NCBI RefSeq assembly: GCF_964213995.1
Contig: NW_027590479.1
Coordinates: 1-64,000 of the forward strand
DNA: 64,000 nucleotides
Source: Mustelus asterias
Taxonomy: Eukaryota
Reading direction: 5' to 3'
Made by a program: the position numbers and the translations under genes. Every line of letters starts with the position of its first letter. Within the stretch, counting starts at the first letter, position 1. The notes beneath the pieces are model-generated. The model made no database searches. It worked only from the letters and a program-made list of their open reading frames with translations, and was not told the DNA's origin. Shown piece by piece: positions 27,706 to 39,362 of this stretch.

Positions 27706-28220
27706 CTGTACCAATTAATGACAGCCAAGCACGCACGATGGGGTGAATGGCCCATCGCAAGATCTGCAAATGTTCTGAATTTACAGAATTTCTTTGGTGG
27801 TTTACACACTTCGCTGTGCGGAAGTGAGCAGTGAGGATAAGGTGGTGCTGCTCCATTGGATGACTGTCAATGAAACGCAAAATACAGCCATGGTCTGCTC
27901 CGCTACTTTTGCCTTCACTGACTTTGCCCGGGTGCAGACAGCAACGGAATGAATCGTTTCAGTAATTGCTGATGGCGAGTTGTGGGGCTGATCAACAAGG
28001 AAGGATCACTGCTTAAATCTGGTGAACATTATCCATTTCCAAACAATCCAAGAGCGGAGAACACATGTGATCTTAAGTTTATGTCGTTAACTTTAGCTGT
28101 CTCTTATTTACACTGCCATTCACATGGTCTCTGGTAATGACGGTTTCATTAAATGAGACAAATAGAAAGGACACAGTGATTTTCAGGTAGCAATGTGAAA
28201 ACTCCGCAATGACGGTAAAT

Positions 28221-28238
28221 CACGCCACCTGCTGGTGG
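28221..28238 (-). promoter_or_regulatory. CTCF-like motif
   Basis: The - strand reads CCACCAGCAGGTGGCGTG, a full match to the core CCASYAGRKGGCR. Confidence 0.7.
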
Positions 28239-28632
28239 TTTCGGGTAGCTTTGTTTGTCGAGTTTGTCAAAATCAGTTGTCACCCCTTGAATTATTTGAA
28301 TTAATTTCCAGTCATTTGATAGCGATAAGGAGGTTTACAAAAAATGAGAGGTTGGTATAACAAAGAGACGGAAGCAATGAGACAGAGTTATGATGAAAGT
28401 CACATGAGACACAGAAGGAACCAGAAAATGCGATTCTTTACAGCTCTCATTTATTGGCGGGGAATATCCATCAGTTCCGGCAGCGTAGCCAATCCTGTCT
28501 CTGGGAAATGCCCCTCAGTTTCTCAAAAAATAAACCCAGATTATAACAGGGGCTACCCTTTACACTGGATTGGAATTATCGGCAGAATTAGAGCATTTTG
28601 TTACTTTGCATCGAGATGTATACCCGGAAACC

Positions 28633-29088
28633 ATGTGTTCTCCATGCTCCTTACTGATTATAATGATCTTGCTGCCCGGCGGGTCCATTATTAAATGGTA
28701 ACCATGTCATCCAGTGGTTATTTTTAAACCCTGACTTTTGAGCTAATCTGTATTTACGTGACATGAATGAGTGGCAAAACTTCAGTGTTCCAGGTTCATT
28801 TCGAATTAACAATTCGGGAAGGACAGTGTGGACTGGACTGCCGTTACTTGATAACCTGCACTACCCTAACTCTACTCTGGTACATGCAGTATTCCGGGGA
28901 AGCTCCAAGATATTTCCTGAAGAAATATAGCTTAGGGGGTTACGAAAGGTCCCCAAACGGAGGTTTTCTGCAGATTTGCAGAAGGGAAATGAAACAGTTC
29001 CTTATATCTCGCTGTCGGATACTGCCGTGTATTTCCGTGCGATGGAGCACACACTGATACAGAGATAGAGCGGATCCAGTCCGAAACC
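28633..29088 (+). pseudogene. TCR alpha/delta-type V pseudogene (inverted relative to its neighbours)
   Basis: Leader MCSPCSLLIIMILLP (28633-28678) with a GC donor and an apparently mutated acceptor (ACAT). V exon SVFQ...LDCRY...LLWYMQYSGEAPRYFL, then a frameshift into RRFSADL...SLSDTAVYFRAME with the second Cys as CGT (29036). RSS remnant CACACTG(29050)-23-TCCGAAACC. Confidence 0.85.
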
Positions 29089-29112
29089 CCCCAGAATGGG
29101 GGTTCCAGTTGG

Positions 29113-29131
29113 TGGCCAGAAGATGGCGCTG
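29113..29131 (+). promoter_or_regulatory. CTCF-like motif 24 bp 3' of the pseudo-V RSS
   Basis: TGGCCAGAAGATGGCGCTG, one mismatch to the core. Confidence 0.55.
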
Positions 29132-30243
29132 TCACACCGATCAATCGGGACAAGAATTAAACCCAGTGAGAGTCACAGAAAAGAACAAAACATAACCCCC
29201 CATAAGAAGAAGTGAGGGACACTTGCGGAATTGTATCAGTTGATTTTAACGCGCGTTCATAATAAAACTCGCCTTTGGAAATCTATTTGATCTATTTCGT
29301 TCACTTAGTGTTTTGAAGCTGTTTCCATGCCTCTCTGTAACATTAAACAACTCTTGTTCATCTCCCCTTTTAGATTTCTGGAGCCTTTGGCCCGAGACCA
29401 GTTCTCTGGTTTTATTTGATCAGAGTGTGTTGTTGGGTCAGAAACAGTTTATGAAAAATGAACAGATTTCAGAACTCATTGGCTTTGATCATTCAATTGA
29501 ATTTCACAATCTTTCCCGAACAGTATTCGAATATTCATCTGATTTACAGAAACGAGGAGCAGCGAGAAACAGATGAACAATGCGGATATGATAAGAAGTT
29601 TAATGCTACCCTGGTATTCGGTGGAGACAGTCAGGGAGATGTGGAAACTGGCTGCTCTGAACTTCGGATTTATTTGAGAAATCAAAGTCGCAACTTTATG
29701 AAATGTGTTCAGGGTGTGCAAGCTGTCTGGAATGTAGCAATAGTGATCAAATAAACGCTATGAACAGCTCACCCTCAAAGGCCCCCAGAAACTGAAAAGG
29801 GAGACGGAGCGAGTGGTGTTCAATATGGTAAGCAGGCATGGAAAAGGAAGGAAAGGACAAATAGGGACTTCGGGATCAGAGGACGTCGCACAGACATGGA
29901 GAACTGTCCGTCTGCTGTGTGTGTGGCGCTTCACGGTCAGGTTTGACGGATGTTTGGGATTTTATCACCCAGGTCTGATTTTAGAGGAATACAGAGTTGA
30001 TTAGCAGCAGAAGGGACGATTTAATTGACACATTCATTATGTGATGGACTTGTCGGCCTAAAACGGTTCTGCAGTTTGTTTCCTCGGCCTCTCCTGGAAA
30101 CAGTTGGGTGACAGTTGATCCGAGGTGAATATGGTTTCCTGTCGGTTTGTGTTTGAGCGGCTGACAGCGCCGCTGCTCATTGTGGCTGCATCTGCCAGAA
30201 CTTCTATACAGCAGCGAGGAGCTCTGACTTATCCTGCTGAGAC

Positions 30244-30282
30244 AGTTTTTGTACAGGAGTCAGACTGCTTTCCATCACTGTG
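30244..30282 (-). promoter_or_regulatory. 23-RSS of V segment 1
   Basis: CACAGTG (30282-30276), 23-nt spacer, ACAAAAACT (30252-30244). Confidence 0.97.
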
Positions 30283-30741
30283 AGGCTGAAAGCGCAGTAA
30301 TACACGGCCGCGTCAGACAACTGCAGATCCGAGATAGTCAAACTGATGGATTTCTTCGGGGTTTGGAGGTCAGTCGAGAAACGGATTTTAGCAAAATCTG
30401 CTTGATATTCATTACCCCCCGAGTTCTTTCTCAGTATGTACTCGGGCTGGGAGTCTGGATGCTGTCGATACCAGTATAAATTATAGCTGGTTTCTGCAGT
30501 ATCATAGTTGCAGTTTAATGTCACCGCGTCTCCTTCTGTCTTAACATCTGAGGACAGCGGCTGAGTGACAGAATCTCCATGGGTCAGACCTGGAAAATAT
30601 GTTCAGATAGATAAAGAATAGAGTGACGTCTACTCAACAGTAAGATTCAACCCAAGTTTTGGAAATGAGAAAACAAACGTGATGTACAGAAATACCTGTT
30701 AGAAATGCCCCCCACACAATCCAGGTGCCGAGTACCCGCAT
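30283..30741 (-). CDS. T-cell receptor alpha/delta locus V gene segment 1 (TRDV/TRAV-like), apparently functional
   Basis: Leader exon 30741-30696 (MRVLGTWIVWGAFLT), GT-AG intron 30695-30590, V exon 30589-30283 in frame: DSVTQ...TLNCNY...LYWYRQ...RFS...LTISDLQLSDAAVYYCAFS. Confidence 0.93.
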
Positions 30742-32317
30742 TGTCTCTGTCCGCTCTGTAAAGGAGGAATCGGATATTTGAAGACACCCATTCTAATCCC
30801 CACCCTTATTAATCTGATGACGAGTCTCAGAATGCTCACGCGTCAATTCCGTGTCTCGCCAGTGGCTCCGTGAGATTGATAATTGCTCAGATGACTGTTA
30901 GTGAATGGAAGCTCTCCAACCTGTCCTCCATTCGGTGTCCCTGTTGGGCGAATTGTTCCGCTTTGGAAACGGGATGTCAAGAAAAAAAAATCTTCATTTT
31001 GTTATTGGAACGGAGGAGCAAGGAGTGTTGATTGATTTGGTGGATTTCCAATCAATGTTCTGTGCACATTCTCTTAGCTTTCGCATCCGAGCATTAGTGC
31101 CTGAGACTCCAGTGAGAGTCCAGAGAACGGTGGAGGCTGAGGGCCACAGAATAATTTTAAAGCTGAGTGAAACCAACATTTTAACTAAAATTTATGCCAC
31201 GGTTCAAGAAGATCAAGGCAGCAAAGTGGATTTAAACGGAAGATCAGATGAACTGTAATCTGACTGAATGGTAGAGCAGATTTGCAGGCAGCCGAATTTT
31301 TATGTTCGAATGTTCAGATATCAGTGGATGGGCTGTGAGATACTTTGCAATCTTCGTTGTTTTACTAAAGGAACAGGGAAGTCGATCAGTGAGCTCCAGT
31401 TGCCTGTTTATTGTTCCTGAGATAATGTAAAAAGTGTACTGTGGATGTTGTACTGAAACTTCACCATGCCTGAAATCAGCAGGGTTAGGATATCAAATTG
31501 TTATAGTGCAGCTAATTATGACATTGCCTTTTCTTCAAAGGTCCTCTCAGGGACAACAAGATGCACTTGGTAGTTGTGGCCCCATCTCATATAATATACT
31601 GGGAAGTGTCAGCTTCAAGAACTTCCGTTTTTTCTTCTTAATCATTGTCAACATGGGGTCACTGGGAAAGTAATTCACGAACCCAGAATGATGCTTTGGG
31701 AAAAATAGTTCAATCCCATCATATCAACTGGTTACATTTAAATTCGATTGACGAGAAAAGTAGTCAAAATTCTACCCCAGCAGCTGGTTAAATTTAAATG
31801 TGATTAATTGATATTGAAAGCTACTCGCAATGATCGTTCCGAACGCGATCACTGCAAATCCACCTGGTTCACTAATGAACTTTGTGGAAGGAAATCTGCC
31901 TTCCTAGCCTAGCCTGGTCTGTGTGTGACTACAGAACAACTGTAGTCACATAACTAACTCTCAAATAGCCCAGCCAGTTTCGAGGACAATTAGTGATCGA
32001 CAAAATCTTGGACTTGTGACCGACACCCAATCAATATTTTTCTTTAAAAAGAGTAGTCATCATTTGATTAATAGTAATACCTAAATTACAGCAGTCAGGA
32101 GAACAGCATATTCTTTACTTTTAATTGGGAAGGAAACGCTAAGTGAAAAAGTGATATATTGACGAGCAGAGGTCCTTCTCCCGAATCAGTAACGTTGCAG
32201 CTCAGGAAATATTCTCCTGGAGTGGAAACACAGATTCACGCCCCCACAACGCTCATAGATCCACCCGCATTTCTGATACAACCAGTGCCAAACAAGTAAA
32301 TCAACAGAAATCTCTTC

Positions 32318-32610
32318 ATAGAATGCCTACAGTGCCGAAGGAGGCCATTCAGCCCATTAAGCTTGCACTGACAACAGTCACACCAAGGCCCTATCCCCGT
32401 AACCCCACGTGTTAATCTCCTAATCCCCCTAACACTAAGGGACATGACTATTCCACCTAACCTGCACATTTTTGGACTGTGGGTGGAAACGCACGCAGAG
32501 ACGGGGAGAAGGTGAAAACCCCACACAGACAGTTACCCAAGGCCGGAATTGAACCTGGGCCCCCTTTGCTATGAGGCAGGAGTGCCAGCCATTGTGCCAC
32601 CGTGTCGCCC
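32318..32610 (-). mobile_element. HE1-type SINE
   Basis: Reverse-complement head ccattgtgccaccgtgtcgccc, B box ggaattgaacc, and core. Confidence 0.85.
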
Positions 32611-32743
32611 ATTTACTAATACAGGATACATGAGGTGAGAGCAGAAAAAATGGGACTGCGTGGTTACTGCCAATAGCAGCGATATGCGAATGGTGCCAGA
32701 GGTTTTGCCGCCATCATTTCAAGTTGGGAGAAATATGTGACGA

Positions 32744-32761
32744 CTGCGCCCTCTGGCGGTG
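32744..32761 (-). promoter_or_regulatory. CTCF-like motif next to AP-1/CRE-like sites
   Basis: The - strand reads CACCGCCAGAGGGCGCAG; adjacent TGACTCA and TTACGTGACG on +. Confidence 0.6.
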
Positions 32762-33092
32762 ACTCAGGTTACGTGACGCTGTCCGCAAGTGCAAGGTTGT
32801 CGATGGGCCGTCTCCAGCGGGCTTTTACTGAGAGACGTGTTTTCAAACAATGCAACTATATAAATAGACGTGAGTGAAATATGAGTAACTTGAAAGAACA
32901 ATGCATTCAGGGTCATTTCTGAATCTCTTCCTTTCTGTCTTTCTCACAGCTTTTGACTTTGTATTTCGCACTCGTAATGTCTCACTTTCCTTCAATTCTC
33001 CTTTCATACTTTTCTGATTTGTTGTCCTCTGCCCGTAATCTTAAACCGAAAACCAATTCCAGGATTCTGACGCAAGGGTGCGGCGTTATGGA

Positions 33093-33430
33093 GAGCGCAG
33101 AGGTTAGCACTGCTGCTTCACAGCTTCAGGGACCTGGGTTCGATTCCCAGCTCGGGTCACTGTCTGTGTGGAGTTTGCACATTCTCCTCGTGTCTGCGTG
33201 GGTTTCCTCCGGGTGCTCCGGTTTCCTCCCACAGTCCAAAGATGTGCGGGTTAGGTTGATTGGCCATGCTAACATTGCCCCTTAGTGTCCTGAGATGCGT
33301 AGGTTAGAGGGATTAGCGGGTAAAATTAGCAGGGAAATGGGGTTGGGCTTTGGTGCGATTGTGGTCGGTGCAGACTCGATGGGCCAACTGTTCTCTTTCT
33401 GCACTGTAGCGTTTCTATGATTCTATGATA
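33093..33430 (+). mobile_element. HE1-type SINE with a CR1-like (tctatgat)n tail
   Basis: ggttagcactgctgc, B box gggttcgattcc, core and tail. Confidence 0.9.
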
Positions 33431-34019
33431 TGGTTCAAAATGAGGATGGTGTGCGGCTTGAAGGGGTGTTCTCATGCAGCTGTTCCTCTTATCCTTCTAG
33501 ATGGAAGAGATTCCGGGTTCGCAAGGTGCTGTCGAAGCAGGCTTGACGGATTAATATAATCACAATGTAAAGTATATGCATTAACTTCTAGTGTAGGATT
33601 GTGGTTTTGTTGGTTAACAAATAAGGAACTGTGGACGCCGTTATTTTTAAGCAGATTTGTTTATTGATGAGAAACGTTGTGCAAACATTGTTGCCCAGTC
33701 TGCCCAGAGACATTGGAATGCAATGATTTATAGAGTCCACTCTCTAGGCCTCTTGTGCCATCCACCTCCTGCTCTTCCAGTTACCATGCCCTAAGAGGGC
33801 ATTGGTGACCATGAATGTCCTTATCATTCTGTGACTGTTTATTTCAAATTATTCCAGCGGATTGCCATTGACCTCTGCAGTATTGTTGACCAGGCATCTG
33901 TTCCGTTCCCATCACCTGCCATCAGGAATACTGAAAGGATTTACACGGCACACAACCCCAGAATAGAGGGACGACACTATAGAACCGATTTGAGTTTAAT
34001 GTCTCTTTCCCGGGTGACT

Positions 34020-34690
34020 GTTTGCGTGCCAGGCAACCATCTTATGTGCACCCATCTGTATATGGGTACACGTAAGATGGGACTTAATAGACATTAAACC
34101 CCCACCCCATCAACATCCTGGGAGTTGACAGAAAACTGAACTGGACCGAGGAATATAAATACACTGGCTAAAAGAGCTGATCAAAGGTTAGGAATCCTGC
34201 GGCGAGTAACTCACCTCCTGACTCCCCAAAGCCTGTCCACCATCTACAAGGTACGAGTCAGGAGTGAGATGGAATACCCTCTACTTGCTTGGATGAGTGT
34301 AGCTACAACCACACTCTAGAGGCTCGGCACGATACAGGACAAATCAGCCCGCTTGATTGCTACCCATTCCATGAACATTCATTCCTGCCACCACAGACGA
34401 ACAGTGACAGCCGTGTGCACCATCTGCAGGATACACTGCAGCAACTCCCCAAGGTTTTTTTTAGGCAGCACAATCCAAACACACGAGCACTGCCATCTAG
34501 GAGAAGAAGGGCAGCGGGCACATGGGAACACCACAACCTCGAGGTTCCCTTCCAAGTTATTCTACATCCCTACATGGAAATATATCGTTGTTCCTTCACG
34601 GTCACTGTGCCAAATCACTGGAACTCCCTCACAACCAGCACAGTGTGTGTACCTGCACATCAGGGACCACAAGAAGGCAGTTCACCACCA
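34020..34690 (+). mobile_element. 3' part of a CR1/L2-group LINE
   Basis: Same family as the tails at 1800-1980 and ~12400-12560 (cgttccttcacggtcactg...ctggaactccct). Confidence 0.7.
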
Positions 34691-35155
34691 CACAATACAC
34701 CAATGTCAGCTGCGGGAATAGACTATCTTCGTGCTGCGAGGTGAGTCTCTGTCCCGGATTTATAATAATAGTCGTGTTGCTAAGTGAGTCTATGTGGCGG
34801 TTATTGTGCATTTCATTTGTTATGAACTCAGCAGACTTTGATCCATTCTGAATTTAGTTATAGGAACGAATGCCGAGGAGTCTGTGTCCGTGGGCTCATC
34901 TGAGTTAACAATTCTGGATGAACAGCCGGTAATTTTCTGCTCTATTGCCTCCACTTCTGAGCGCATCCTTCAACTGATAGCTCGATACTCCTGGTATCTG
35001 CTTACTATATAAATCGCGGCATGGGGTTTAGTCTCGAGATTTACCAAAGTGCTTCTATGATGATTTGAACAAGGTCAAATTGTCCGGTAAATAGAATCGC
35101 CGCCTTCGTGAACACGTGATCAAAACATCTTCATGGAGTTGTAAATACGCGCTGA

Positions 35156-35193
35156 GGTTTTTGTACGGGGTTTAGCTGTAATCTAATGCTGTG
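35156..35193 (-). promoter_or_regulatory. RSS of V segment 2 (22-nt spacer, 23-class)
   Basis: CACAGCA (35193-35187), 22 nt, consensus ACAAAAACC (35164-35156). Confidence 0.92.
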
Positions 35194-35681
35194 CCTCACT
35201 GCACAGTAATAGACCGCCCCGTCCTCCAAACTGAGGGCGCTTATATTGAGGGAGCCGCTCTGTGTGGACTTGTCAGTAGCCGCCAGATATCGTCCTGAAA
35301 CTTCATTTTCCTCCACTACGAATGCATTGGTAATAATCCATCTCGGTGGCTGTGCCGGTTTCTGCTGATACCATTGCATGTAGCTCATCTCCTTGTCTGT
35401 ATAGTTACAATCCAACTGCACCGAATCCCCTTCTGATGCTGTTATTGTCACCGGTGACTGAGTTACTGGATCTGCGCACAGTCCACCTGTAAAGGTAGAG
35501 GAATTAAATATCAAGAGTTCATGTAAATTTATAGTTTTTGGAACCTCCCATCTACACCTCACATGGATATTTTTGATGGTTAATTAAATTGGCATCTTTG
35601 TGTATAAATATGTTTCCGTGGTTTGATGAACGTTGTCCGGTACTTACTGTGCAAGAGCGCCGCCAGAATGATCAGAAACAT
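35194..35681 (-). CDS. T-cell receptor alpha/delta locus V gene segment 2 (TRAV-like), apparently functional
   Basis: Leader exon 35681-35648 (MFLIILAALLH) with GTAAGT donor, intron to 35487, V exon 35486-35194 in frame: DPVTQSP...EGDSVQLDCNY...WYQQKP...LNISALSLEDGAVYYCAVR. Confidence 0.93.
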
Positions 35682-35951
35682 GTCCGAGTGGATTTATTTC
35701 AGTGAATGAGAATGGAGGAGTCAGAGAGTGAGAAAGAGAGCGGGAACCCAGACTCTGCTCCGTTGATTGCAGTGTGTGAGTGAGTGTGAGTCAGTTTGTC
35801 TGTGTGGGTGTAATTGTGGGGAGGGGAAGTGGAGTCTATTGTGACCTCAGCAGCCTACCATCCATACAGGCTCCAGTGATAATGTCACGTGAGATTGTAG
35901 CACCGCCCCTCCCCCCAACATCCCTCCCCACTCCAAAACCGGGCTCGAGAT

Positions 35952-35969
35952 TGGCGCCCTCTGCTGACA
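35952..35969 (-). promoter_or_regulatory. CTCF-like motif ~270 bp upstream of V2, near CRE-like and E-box promoter motifs
   Basis: The - strand reads TGTCAGCAGAGGGCGCCA; TGACCTCA at ~35842 and CACGTG at 35887. Confidence 0.65.
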
Positions 35970-36209
35970 AATGTTGTTTAATGCAAGTTCGCATTTGGCT
36001 GTTGAGTCGATTCAGGGTTTACTCCAACACATACCAAGGCACAAATGCTGCCCAGGAATCCGAATTGGTGCTCTGTAGAAAGTCCTTGTTACGTTTCCTA
36101 CTTACATCGTAAAATGATGCTAAACCTGCGGGCATCATTCCTGGAATTCTCTGTTCAAATCCCGGGTACACCGAAGTCCAGAGCATACCAAGACTTTGGA
36201 AAAAGTGCG

Positions 36210-36757
36210 GTGCTGGGGGAGATATTTCCGTGTAGGTCAGAGAGACGAGGATCCAAGGGCACAGCCTCAGAGTAAAGGGACGATCCTTTAAAGTAGAGAT
36301 GAGGAGGAATTTCTTCAGCCAGTGGGTGGTGAATCGATGGAATTCATTGCCACAGAAGGATGTGGAGGTCAGGCCATTGAGTAGATATGTTTTTGATTTG
36401 TAAGGGGATCAAAGTTTCCGGGAAAAGGCGAGAGAATGGGGATGAGAAACTGAGCAGCCACATTCGAAACAAAGTGAATGAGTTGATGGCACAAATCAGT
36501 ACAAATGGGTATGATCTAGTGGCCATTACAGAAACGTGGTTGCAGGGTGACCAGGACTGGGAACTGAATATCCAGGGGTATCAGACATTTCGGAAGGATA
36601 GACAGGAAGGAAAAGGAGGTGGGATAGCTCTGTTAATTAAAGATAACATCAGGGCGGTAGTGAGAGATGATATAGGCTCCAAGGAGCAGAATGTGGAATC
36701 GTTGTGGGTGGAGATAAGGAATAGTAAGGGGAGAAAGTCACTGGTGGGCGTGGTCTA
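36210..36757 (+). mobile_element. CR1 fragments (a 3' piece joined to the APE endonuclease N-terminus)
   Basis: YDLVAITETWLQG...FRKDRQEGKGGGIALLIK. Confidence 0.85.
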
Positions 36758-37189
36758 GGGATTCTATGATTCCAGGTGGCCCCCTCCCCCGCTTGGCGAT
36801 GGAATTGATGAGGCCAGCTTGGGGGTAGGGTGGTGGGGGGAGTTACGGGCCAATAAACACGGCACTGACGGCAGGCTGACTGGTAGCAGCTGGGTGTTGA
36901 ATCCTTGGCCGAAGTGCAGAGTCTTGGCTCAGGCTGACTCGGAGGAATCTCTGGACTGTTTGCCCCTCCCCCTCCCCCCCTCCCCGAGCCGGGCTCGATG
37001 CAGTTCCTCACCTCACTGTGAGAAATATTCTCCGGCTGGGAATGCGCTGAGTTAGGAGCTGCAGATTCAGGGAATTCACAGCGAGAGACACTCACGTGTG
37101 TGTGTGCATGTGTGTGTGTGTGTGTGTGTGGGTGTAGGTGTAACAGAAATGTGTGTGTAATGTAGATCCCACTGTGTGTCAATCTGTAA

Positions 37190-37942
37190 AAGTAAAAGTA
37201 TTTATTAGTGTCACAAGACAGCTTACATTAACACTGCAATGAAGTTGATGGATTGAGTTATAAGGAGAGGCTGGATAGACTGGGACATTTTTCTTTGGAG
37301 CGTAGGAGGCTGAGGGTTGATCTTATAGAGGTCTATAAAATAATGAGGGGCACAGATCAGCCAGATAGTCAATATCTTTTCCCAAAGGTAGGGGAGTCTA
37401 AAATTAGAGGACATAGGTTTAAGGTGAGAGGGGAGAGATACAAAAGTGTCCAGAGGGGCAATTTTTTCACACAGAGGGTGGTGAGTGTCTGGAACAAGCT
37501 GCCAGAGGTGGTAGTAGAGGCGGGTTCAATTTGGTCTTTTAAAAAGCGTTTAGACAGTTACATGGGTAAGATGGGTACAGAAGGATATGGGTGAAACGTA
37601 GGCAATTGGGACTAACTTGGGGGTTTAAAAAAAGGGGCGACATGGACTAGTTGGGCCGAATAGCCTGTTTCCATGTTGTAAACCTCTATGGCCCTGTGAA
37701 AATCCCCTAGTCACCACACTCCGGCATCTGTTCGGGTACACTGAGGGAGAATTTAGCATGGCCAATGCACCTGACCAGCACGTCTTTCGGACTGTGGGAG
37801 GAAACCGGAACATTCAGAGGAAACCCACGCAGACACGGGGAGAACGTGCAAACTCCACACAGACAGTGACCCAAGCCGGGATTCGAACCTGTGTCCCTGG
37901 TTCTGTGAGGCAGCAGTGCTAACCACTGTGCCATCGTGCTGC
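37190..37942 (-). mobile_element. HE1 SINE (-) split by a CR1 3' fragment (+, ~37247-37692)
   Basis: SINE tail at 37190-37246 and body at 37693-37942 are contiguous in the intact copy at 26726; the CR1 piece reads SYKERLDRLGHFSLERRRLR. Confidence 0.9.
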
Positions 37943-38174
37943 CTCTCTTCCGCTCCCTCTCCCTCTCTCTTTCCCTCTTAATCACTCTCATTCAGCGTAC
38001 ACTCTCCGTACTTCACTCTCCTTCACATCCAGCTGTCTCATTCACTGCTCTCTCTCTCAATCAGTCTCTCAATCACTCTCTCTCTCTCAAACACCCTCTC
38101 TTTCTCTCTCTCTCTCAACTGCTCTCTCTCTCTCTCTCACTCCCTTATCTCACCCTTCCTCTCATTCCCTGCTA

Positions 38175-39362
38175 ACTGTGTGTACGTCTTTGTGTGTGTG
38201 TGTGTCACACTGTCTGTATAACTGTGTGTGTCACTATGTGTACATCTGTGTGCGTGTGTCATACTATGTATATATTTGTGTTTCACAATGTGTGTCTATC
38301 TGTGTGTGGGTGTCACACTGTGTGTATATCTGCGTCTGTGTATATCTGTGTGCATGAGTCACACTGTGTATATCTGCATATGTGTCACACCATGCATACC
38401 TATATGTGTGACACTGTGTGTATATCTGTGTGTCGCAGTGTGTGTCTATCTGTGTGTGGGTGTTACACTGTGTCTATGTATATCTGTGTCTGTGTATATC
38501 TGTGTGTGACACTCTGTATATATCTGTGTGCGTGTGTCACACTGTATATCTGCATATGTGTCACACCATGTATACCTATATGTGTGACACTGAGTGTATA
38601 TCTGTGTGTGTCACATTGTGTGTATCTATGTGTGTGGCACACTGTGTATATCTCTGTGTGTCTCTCACTGTGTGTATATCTGTGTGTCACACTGTGTGTC
38701 TATCTGTGTGTGAGTGTCACACTGTGTGTATATCTGTGTGTGTATATCTGTGTGTGTGACACTGTGTGTATATCTGTGTGTGTGTGTGTCACACGGTATG
38801 TGTCACTGCGTGTATATCTGTGTGTGGGTGTCACACTGTGTGTCCATCTGTGTGTGGGTGTCACACTGTGTGTATATCTGTGTGTGTAACACTGTGTGTA
38901 TATCTATGTGTATGTGTCGCACTGTGTGTGTGTCACTGCATGTAGATCTGTGCGTGTATATCACACTGTGTTTCTATCTGTGTGTGTGTAACACTATGTA
39001 TATATCTGTGTGTGTGTATATGTGTGCATGACACTGCGTATATCTGTGTGTGTGTATGTCACACTGTGTGTATACCTCTGTGTGTGTGTCACACTTGTGT
39101 ATATCTTTTGTGTCACTGTGTCTCTGTCTGTGTGTGTCACTGTGTGTATATCTATGTGTCACTGTGTATATATCTGTATGTGTGTCACTATGTGTATATC
39201 TGTGTGTGTCACTGCGTCTCTATCTGTGTGCGTGTGTCACTGTGTGTATATCTGTGTGTGTAACACACGGTATGTGTCACTGCGTGTATATCTGTGTGGG
39301 TGTCACACTGTGTGTCCATCTGTGTGTGGGTGTCACACTGTGTGTATATCTGTGTGTGTAAC
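38175..39362 (+). repeat. TG-rich satellite, unit ~TGTGTGTCACACTGTGTGTATATC, preceded by a CT-rich tract (37945-38170)
   Basis: Direct reading; about 21 copies of CACTGTG. Confidence 0.95.

Noticed and set aside
27840-28000. Possible fourth, highly decayed V on the - strand (AVFCVSL followed by GACAGTC)
   Set aside because: No WYxQ motif, first Cys, leader or nonamer recognisable.
30283-30741. NAR-TCR supporting V-delta or IgH-like (TAILV) identity for the V segments
   Set aside because: Both Vs have their own leader exons, no extra CDR1 Cys, and TCR-type WYRQ/WYQQ frameworks.
30940-30990. FGNG motif suggesting a J segment
   Set aside because: No upstream 12-RSS, no TxLxV motif and no splice donor.
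26041-37942. tRNA genes
   Set aside because: The A/B boxes belong to SINE heads; no cloverleaf or terminator.
38175-39362. CRISPR-like repeat-spacer array
   Set aside because: Eukaryotic tandem repeat without unique spacers or cas genes.
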